Positions 12,401 to 21,400 of a DNA stretch of 64,000 bases are shown here, one piece after another. The position numbers and the translations under genes were made by a program. A model generated the notes under the pieces. It was not told where the DNA came from. It did not search any database and worked only from the letters and a program-made list of their open reading frames with translations. The DNA is taken from assembly GCA_964106915.2 (NCBI GenBank), contig OZ066914.1. One strand, written 5' to 3'. Position 1 is the first letter of the stretch; every line of letters starts with the position of its first letter. The stretch comes from Podarcis gaigeae (lineage: Eukaryota).

Positions 12401-15400
12401 GAATTTTATGTGTTATTAGTTGATGCTTACAATTTTTCCCACCCCTATGATTTCCATAGATAATCTTGGCTCTGGGTAACTATATGAACAGCAGTAAACG
12501 AGGAGCTGTTTATGGATTTAAACTGCAGAGCTTAGATCTGGTAAGTAAGGGGAAATCTACCCCTAGTGAACTTGAAAGTAGCTTTGCTTGGAAGATTGTT
12601 TGCACATCCCCATTTATTTGCACAGCCTGTATGAACAACAGTGGTCTAAGCATCCTTTTAGTGAGTTGCCAATGAGCTAGGGAAGGAATGGAGCCATTGA
12701 CTTAGATTTCTAATGTCATATTGTCAAGACAAAGGTCAATTCCAGTTCCCCATAACTTCATTACTCTCCCCTGGTTTGTTTTCTCACTGTGATTAAACTC
12801 TTCCTTACCACTAGCTGCATCAGGTAGACCCCCTGTACAGATTTGCAATGGCAGAGAAGTCTGTTTAGCACTGCCCTGTCTTTTCTGCCGGTTCTTGTTA
12901 TGAGTCTCTCCACTTTCTGGATAATAGCATTGGGCCATTCATAAAAGCAATATGCGATGGACCCTGTTGCTAGGGGTAGGGAATGAATGCCTCTAATGAC
13001 CTGTAATAAACAATAATTACCAGCGCTATGAAAATACACCGGACAGATTTAATAAGATGACAACCTTAATTGCTTTAATGCCCTATAGTTTACCTGATTA
13101 AGATTATTCTTTTACTTGTGGTCGTCTTCTGACAATGTGATGAATTATCATGTTTAAGTAACATAAATAAATTCAAAACTATGGGCAACAATTGCAGGGG
13201 TCCTAAAATTCTTTACCCATGGTCCTCCAGGTGTTATTGGACCTCAGTTCCCATCAACATGGCGAATGATCAGGGATTATGAGAGTTCTGGCCCAACATC
13301 ATCTCAAGAGTCACATGTTCCCCTCCCCTGACCTGTAACATTCATACAGGGCTATGATATCTTCATTGCATTGCACTTATTTCATTGTATCGTGTGTCTA
13401 TTTCAGAGTGGCTAACCAGTGACCCTCCAGATGTTGTGGACTCCAACTCCCATTAGCCCCAGGGGTGGTGGGATTGTAGCTCAGCCACATCTGGCGAGTT
13501 CTAGCTTTTCCACCCTTGGTATATAGGCAGATCATGGGTTGGCTGCTAAGGAAAGTTAACTCAAGGATGTTGAAGCTGAATCTAACATACTTCTTTTGCC
13601 TCTTGTTTGCAGTTACTAGACACAAAATCTACAGACAGGAAACAAACTCTATTGCACTATATATCAAATGTTGTGAGAGAGAAATATCAGCAAGTATCGC
13701 TTTTTTACAATGAGCTTCACTATGTGGAGAAAGCTGCTGCAGGTAACATAGCCACACATTCATTTCCCAAGTACTTAAAAGCAGGTTCAGATATGTTTTG
13801 TGGATACTGTAATACAGTAATGCACCCATGTCCTAGGGAAAGCTACCTGTTTGGAAAAGATACCACCTTGCAGAAGACAGATGGGCATCTTAAATGTTGT
13901 GAGCACAATAGGATACAGAAGCATCATAATTTTTAAATGCCTTCTTAGTTCTTCTAGCATACTGTTCCCTAAAGCTGACAGGAGCCTTTCCTCTTTTCAT
14001 TAATTGGGCTTCCTTCATTGCTCCCACATAGTTTGTGTAAAGTCCTTAACTTCAGGTGCAAGAGATGCACATCCTGTTGGAAGGCACGTCTTGTAAATGT
14101 TGTGTGAACATACCGAACAGAAAGGATCCTTCTGGCAGAAATCTTTACACGTAGAGATATCTTTACTTGGAAGGGGTAGGGAGGCCCTGCCCACCTGCCA
14201 AAATGGCCCACGAGAGATGGAGAAGATCAGATCCTATTCTCCTCCTCTGTTCTGCATGGTCAGGGTAGAAACTGTATAGGAGGCATCAGCCCTACTGGAG
14301 CTTGTGCATCTATATTGTAAAGGTGGTTTAAAACAATACCTTCCCTGAACTACTCACCTTCTTTTTTGTTTGATGCATCTCCCCCCATCCCATCTCATTC
14401 CTAGCTTTTCTATTCCATTCCAGTTTTGTCTCTTGGATGCAAAATATACGCTCGCTGGCCTGCAATTCTGTCTTGTATGTGTGAGACCCTCCATTGTTGG
14501 CTTCTCAATTTTAATAGTAGTAGCAGGAACAGCAACCACATGTTAACAGAGATTCCCCAATGAAAACTATCCAGGGTCTCAGGCAGCTATATCTCCAGGC
14601 TTTGCTACATGAGATCTGTCTAACTGGAGATGTTAAGGATCAATTAGGCAATGCGTAGTAACATTTTGAATGTCTTTCCCCTTCCACCCTTTAGTATCCC
14701 TTGAAAATGTTCTGTTGGATGTAAAGGAACTCCAAAGAGGTCTCGACCTAACGAAGCGCGAGTACACCATGCATGATCACAACACCATGCTGAAGGAGTT
14801 TATTCAGAACAATGAAGGGAAACTGAAGAAGCTGCAGGATGATGCAAAAATAGCTCAGGTATTCTGTGTATCCCAGCACTTGTTGAGTGGTCTAGCTTTC
14901 AGGAACGGAGAACTTTTGTTACCTTTTTCAAGCTCAAAGATGTTCCTTTTGGAGTAGGCAGGACAAGTTTTCACTGATTCCTGTGTTCTAGTGTGGTGTT
15001 GTGTTGTATAGTTAAGAGTGTCCGAATGAGTGAGCTTAGGCCAGTCATTCCCCCTCAGGGGGAATAGAAGGGGAACAATGAATGCTTCTCTGTGCTGCTT
15101 GCAGAAGGAAGGGTGGTTTAAAAAAACAATAGAATGTGTTTATTCTTTTGCAGTATTGATGTGACATCTGTCACTGAGAGTGACTTCACACCTTATGCAA
15201 TAGCATTTCATTTAGTGGCATGTGCANNNNNNNNNNNNNNNNNNNNNNNNNNNNNNNNNNNNNNNNNNNNNNNNNNNNNNNNNNNNNNNNNNNNNNNNNN
15301 NNNNNNNNNNNNNNNNNNNNNNNNNNNNNNNNNNNNNNNNNNNNNNNNNNNNNNNCAGATACTTAATGTTTAGTAGCTCCACTCAAGTTTCATTATTTAC

Positions 15401-18400
15401 TTTCTTGGTTAAAATAATGATGGTAGAAACAAGTTTCTTCCTTTTATCTGTTCTGAACCTGCAATAGGCTCAACCTGCAAAAACGGTTGAGTAATCCCAG
15501 CACAAGAGGGCAATTAACAGCAGTACAAGGCAGAACTTCAAAATGCATATTTTCAAACTGCAAGTTTATACTTGGAACTGGGATTTTTCTTGCTTCCTGA
15601 AATTGCGCACTTTGCAAAACAGGTTGCAGAGCAGGCCTCCCTTCTGTTGCACTGGTAATAAAGGCTCCAATGCACCTACACTCTTGTCTCTGCTGCTTCC
15701 TTCCTGATTCCTTGCCACCTGATCAGCCTTCAGCTTGTGGGGGGTGGTTCCCTTTTCGTGGGTTAAACACCATCTTGCATAGTTTGGGATTTGTTGAAAT
15801 GATATATATATCTCGTTAAAAAGTCTCTCTTTTACAGGATGCCTTTGATGATGCTGTGAAGTATTTTGGAGAGAATCCCAAGACGACACCTCCATCAGTC
15901 TTCTTCCCAGTCTTTGTTCGATTTGTGAAAGCTTACAAGGTGAACAGAAGTTCAATTCACTTCTGTTATTCTTACAAATGTGGCCACACTTTCTAACCAA
16001 AGGCTCCCTTTGTGGTTGTGTAGCTTCCTTAGCAAATACACAGATAGCTCAGTCAGTAGAGCATGGGTTAATCTCAGGGTTGTGGGTTTGAGCCCCATGA
16101 GTTAATCTCAGGGTTGTGGGTTTGAGCCCCATGTTGGGTGAAAGATTCCTGCATCGCAAGGGGTTTATGATCCTCGTGGTCCCTTCCATATGATTCATAT
16201 GAAAGAGCCTTAAGGTTCCATCTTTGGAACAAAGGCCAGATTGAAACTTGCCCAGCCTCTTGGAGGCTGCATTCCAATGATGGCTGGGGCAAAATGAAAC
16301 AAAATCCAACAGAGGAACAGAGAAGACAAACACACAGCAGACATCAGGAACACACAGCACTCCTGCTGTTACACACATTCAGACATGCAGAGGACATGCA
16401 GGCAGGTACACATGTGGCTGGAAAAATCCGCCACTAGGTGACTTCAAAAGAGAGTGGGAATAAGGCCGTCAGTGGCTCCTAGCCCTGATGGCTATGCTCT
16501 CCACTGTCGGAGGCAGTATGCCTCTGAATGACAGCTGCTGGGAATCACAAGAGGACAAATTCTTGAAGAAATTCTTGGGAGAATTTGCTGTATCACGCCA
16601 CAACAGGAAGCGGCACATCCAAGTTAAAATGGCTTTAATGAATTTGTATTTTGCTGAGAGAGCTAAAAACGAACCCCATTTTTTTTTTGAAGTCATTGCG
16701 AGCTCTAACCGGTGTGTGTATTTCGTTTAAAATTGTCGATAGCAAGCGGAAGAGGAGAACGAGTTGAGGAAAAAGCAACAACAGGCATTGATGGAAAAAC
16801 TTCTGGAGCAGGAGGCACTGATGGAGCAGCAAGACCAAAAGGTAGCAAACAACCAAGCCATTTTGGTTACGTGGATTGATAAAGTGGCATGTGTTGGTCC
16901 CGTGAAAGAGATCGTCTTATTGCAGAGCAGCCGATGTCCAGATATTATTGAACTCCAGTTGTTAGGGATGATGGGAGTTGTGGAATACACATCTGGAAAG
17001 CACCACCTTGGCTACTGCTGCCTTATTGGCTGAGACTGCTTCTCTCAAGTCTTTGGGATTGGCAAGGAACATTCCAAACACCTTTCTGTCAGGTGTTTTC
17101 TCTCAGAGATAACTATTGAAGCTCTCTTTCTCACAGAGACATTTTAACAAGGCAGTCATACAAGAAACTTAAAAGGAAACTAGAGGAGTTTCATGTGTAT
17201 GCCCTTTCCTGTTATTCCTAAATCTCAGAAAGGTGTTTATTCTCCTAAAGCCATTGATACAATGCTTGGAATTTGCCCTGTTTGAAAGATGCTTACCAAG
17301 AAGTAATGAGCATTTATCTTGGCCAAGCAATTCGATAACAGGAAGACATTCAGCGCATAGTCACCCATAAATATGCAGTTACCAAATGTGAAGGAAGGCT
17401 AGTCAGAAGAGGCTCAAAGAAAATGCAGTGGCAGAAACTGCCGTTTTGGGTTGCATCTAGCATTTTCCAGAGTTCTGCTTGGCGTATGAGACCCTCTATT
17501 CCATGATAATATATTTTAACAATACAATTAAGAATTCTCACTATGCAAGGTGACTTCTACAGATATTTGCACAAAGCAACCCCACCTCCTGTAATGTCAG
17601 GATTGTGTTCCCCACTTTTCCAGTGTCTTGGCCCTCATGGCAACTTTACAATTGCCATTGATATTGTGTAGAACAATAAAAAAGAAACAACAAAAACAAA
17701 AACCATCAGCACTACAATGTATAAATCACAAAAAGCAGCTAAAAGCAGATTAAGTGTTAGTATGTGACAAACAAGACAGACCGCACTTGACATCTAAACA
17801 GTAATAATCATGGTGCCAGATGGGTATGCCTGGGGATGGCAATCCATAATCAGGGAGCCAGCACAGGAAAGGTCCTTATTTTGATTAGCCTCAGAAGGCC
17901 AGGACCCCCTGAGACAGGCCTCAAACGTTGTTCTCTCAGCCGAGAGGTTGGTGTGGGAAAAGGGTTGTAGATACTCTGATCCCAAACTTTTCAAAGTTTC
18001 ATAGGTTAGAACCATAATTTCCCCCTTTTTTTCTAGAAGTGAACTGGGAGTTAGTGAAAATGAGTGCAGGTGAAATATGTGTAGGGCTGGGGAAAGACAG
18101 GGTTGACCTAGTGGTTCTAACTCTGTACGGGGCAGGTACCTAAGTTCCTTACCTTATACCTCAAAGAGAAGAGATGGTGTTTTCAGCATCTTGTTGGCCA
18201 TTGCTCTTTACCGACCTTTGCTCCCTTTCAGTCTCCGTCTCATAAAACGAAGAGGCAGCAGCAAGAGTTGATTGCAGAGCTAAGGCGGCGACAAGTCAAG
18301 GACAATAGACATGTGTACGAGGGGAAGGATGGAGCTATCGAAGATATCATCACAGGTAAAATAATAATGAGGAGGAAGAGGCTGTTCCAAAGTGCCCCTT

Positions 18401-21400
18401 CATAGCTTTCACTTTGCAAAGCTCTAACATAGCTCTTTAAAGGGTTATAAATTGATTTCAGTGACAATAATCACATGTATCAGTCATTTAACAAATGGTG
18501 CACATTATATAGTGCTCAGGGTTTCAGTCCTCTTCTTTGGCAAGGCCTCGTTGACATAACATTTGTGTATTATTTAATTTCTCCTTCACTTCAGCATGCT
18601 CTCATAACTCAAGCTGTAGACCCCGTAGAGCCTTATTAGACGTATTTTTGCAACAGGTGCATGCCTTGCAAATCTTTGAGTATTTTTGATCCATGCGCAA
18701 AGCCACTGGAGTTGAGCCTTGCTTTTAAAAGCTTTTGTTTTGTCCTTCAAGTCCTACTAATGGTAATTGCTCCAGCATTAAATATGTGACGGAGGACAAA
18801 ATTGTGTGATTTGGATTTGTTGAACGATTTTGAACTTCAGAGCTGCATATTCCTCTTGCAACAGACTAATACTAGTCCCTTTTTGCAATCCATAATTGAA
18901 CGCAATAGGCTGACAATGGCTGGGTCTAATTTATAGCTGCCGTGACAAGTACAGTGTGGGCAAACTACTCCTGCAACAGACAGGTGATTTGCTGAAATCT
19001 GATTTAGTGGCTTCTGGGACAATCACAGAGTGGATGAAAACAGCAGCAGCTAATTGTTAATAATTTCTCCATAATCAGCAGTAATAGGTCCCTGAGTATG
19101 AGTAATACCAAATGCAAGCAACAAATACGGTGGGTTTTAAAAACATCCACGCACAGATGCATGGATCCTATCCAGCCAGGACTTCACTTCTCATGTCTCA
19201 TTTTCAGTGGTAAATTTATGGCTGATTCCTGGCTGAGACTTCGCCTAGAGTTTACTTTGCCCACTCTGTTGTTGTGTGATTTCATTTCACTAAGTTCCAA
19301 GAGCAGTCCATCAGGGTGCGAGAAGAGCCATGCAAATAAATGTTGTGCTGAGATAAAAGTGTGCACTTCATCACGCCCTTGTTCATACACCAATTTTACC
19401 TTTAAAAAAAACCACCCCAGTAACTGATGTGATTTGCAGAAAGATAATTCTACTGGTAACCCAGCCAAACAAATCCTATTGTGGTTAAATGACTGAATAA
19501 GCCACCTCAGGGTGTCTTTAACAAAGCACTAACAATGTACTAATACAATAGATCTTTGCTTCTTACTGTATATTCTGTCTTGTCTGGCTGTTATTTCCCA
19601 TGCAGTGCTGAAGACTGTTCCCTTTACAGCTCGGACGGCCAAGCGTGGCTCTCGTTTTTTCTGCGAACCTGTTCTCACAGAGGAATTCCATTACTAAACT
19701 TTTCCTCTTTCACACCCGACGCTCTTTAAAAAAAAACAAAAAGGTTGCTGTAGGTTTTTGACGTTTCTCCGCATTATAGCTGTTTGAATGGATTAGTGAT
19801 GTTTGGCATCTCGTCGGAGTCATATTTGACATCGCTCATCTCATTGCATGTTTTTGCCTGTCAGGAACCTTTTTTTGGTTCCCTTCCATCCTCCCAGTGA
19901 CCGTTTGTTCTACCTTCCGCATTTCAAAGTCACCCTGTGGGCTCAGCGCCATAGAGCAGCAAGTGATGGAAGTCACAGAAATGTCCTCAAGGCCCATGGT
20001 GGCTGCGCTTCAAGCCAGCCACCACAATTTTCAAGGGATGGTTGTGGGTTGTAATGGCAAATGTGATGGACAGTTCACTTGGCTTTTCTGTGTCTTCTCC
20101 TCTGGGCTCTCGCACCTCCTTTACTTCTTTGTGACTTGATCTATGTTGCATGAGTCCTGTTAAGCCAAGCCTATCTCCGGAAGCAAACCTAGTATATATC
20201 AGTGAGCCAGGATGAATGTTTATGGGCTTTGTTTATGGCATGTAAAATGAAGTCACTGTTTTGTGATCTGTGAGCACCTATTTCCACATGGGTCCTTCTA
20301 ACCATCGCTTGCATGTTTGTGTTTGCATGTGTGAACAGGAATAAAATAAATGTGGTCGTGGTCCCCGCACCCACTCCCTTTGTTTTTCACACCCACAGTC
20401 GTTAGCTTCAGTTCCATGGCAACTTAATGGGAAATCTCCTTTGAGCCAAGTGGTAGCCTCGCTTAAGATAGCATTCTGCCTTTGATCAGTTCAGTCCTTC
20501 GTAATAGTGGAGGCTGGGCAAAACCCAGGACCCAGGCAGACCATGGTTCTGAAAGCAGGTCTTGACTTCTGAGCCCAAGCCATAAGAAATAAATTTTAAA
20601 TAATTCTCATGCTAAGCTCATCTAATTCTCATGCTAAACTCATCTAGAGCCAAGAAACAAAGATTGAGGGGCTGGATGAAGAAACTACTCAGGTGGCAGC
20701 AGATAAGGCCTAGTGAAGCAATATGATCAAAATTGCCTTGCCATAGAAGATACCCTGCGTTATTGTCATGGAACTGGATCCATTAACATCTTGCACTGTA
20801 GAATGTTTTTTAAAAAGGAGTGCTGTTTACGCTGCATGTGTCTGTCAATGCTGTTGTCTTTGATACAAGAACCAATCATCTTAAAGCAGCATTTCATTTC
20901 CTACTGGTGTAATATGTTTTAATGGGGAGCTTTAAAATAAGAATGCTGCCTGTTAACTCCTCTTTTGCTCTTTCAAGTTAATTGCTGGACAGTCATCCTG
21001 GAGCCAATGTTCAAAGCAGCTTGGAATTTTATTAGTAAGAGGCTTACGATGGCCACCTCTTCCCTTCCCTTTCTCTTTTTTTAACCTTCTTTAAGCCTCC
21101 ACCTCACCCACTTTTGCTTTACTTGCTAACATGTGTGGCTTTTTACATTTATTTTTTAAAAAATAAATATATTATTATTTTGCTTTTTGGGCACAGAATT
21201 GAGTTGCTCTTCATGTTCCATCCCATTTTTAACTTAACCATCATTCTGTGNNNNNNNNNNNNNNNNNNNNNNNNNNNNNNNNNNNNNNNNNNNNNNNNNN
21301 NNNNNNNNNNNNNNNNNNNNNNNNNNNNNNNNNNNNNNNNNNNNNNNNNNNNNNNNNNNNNNNNNNNNNNNNNNNNNNNNNNNNNNNNNNNNNNNNNNNN

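Noticed and set aside
16043-16140. tRNA-Lys gene
   Set aside because: The anticodon arm is disrupted, there is an internal duplication, and a CR1-type tail follows, so it is a SINE rather than a functional tRNA.
20601-20646. 22-bp tandem duplication taattctcatgctaa(g/a)ctcatc
   Set aside because: Two copies only, with no spacers; ordinary slippage duplication, not an array.
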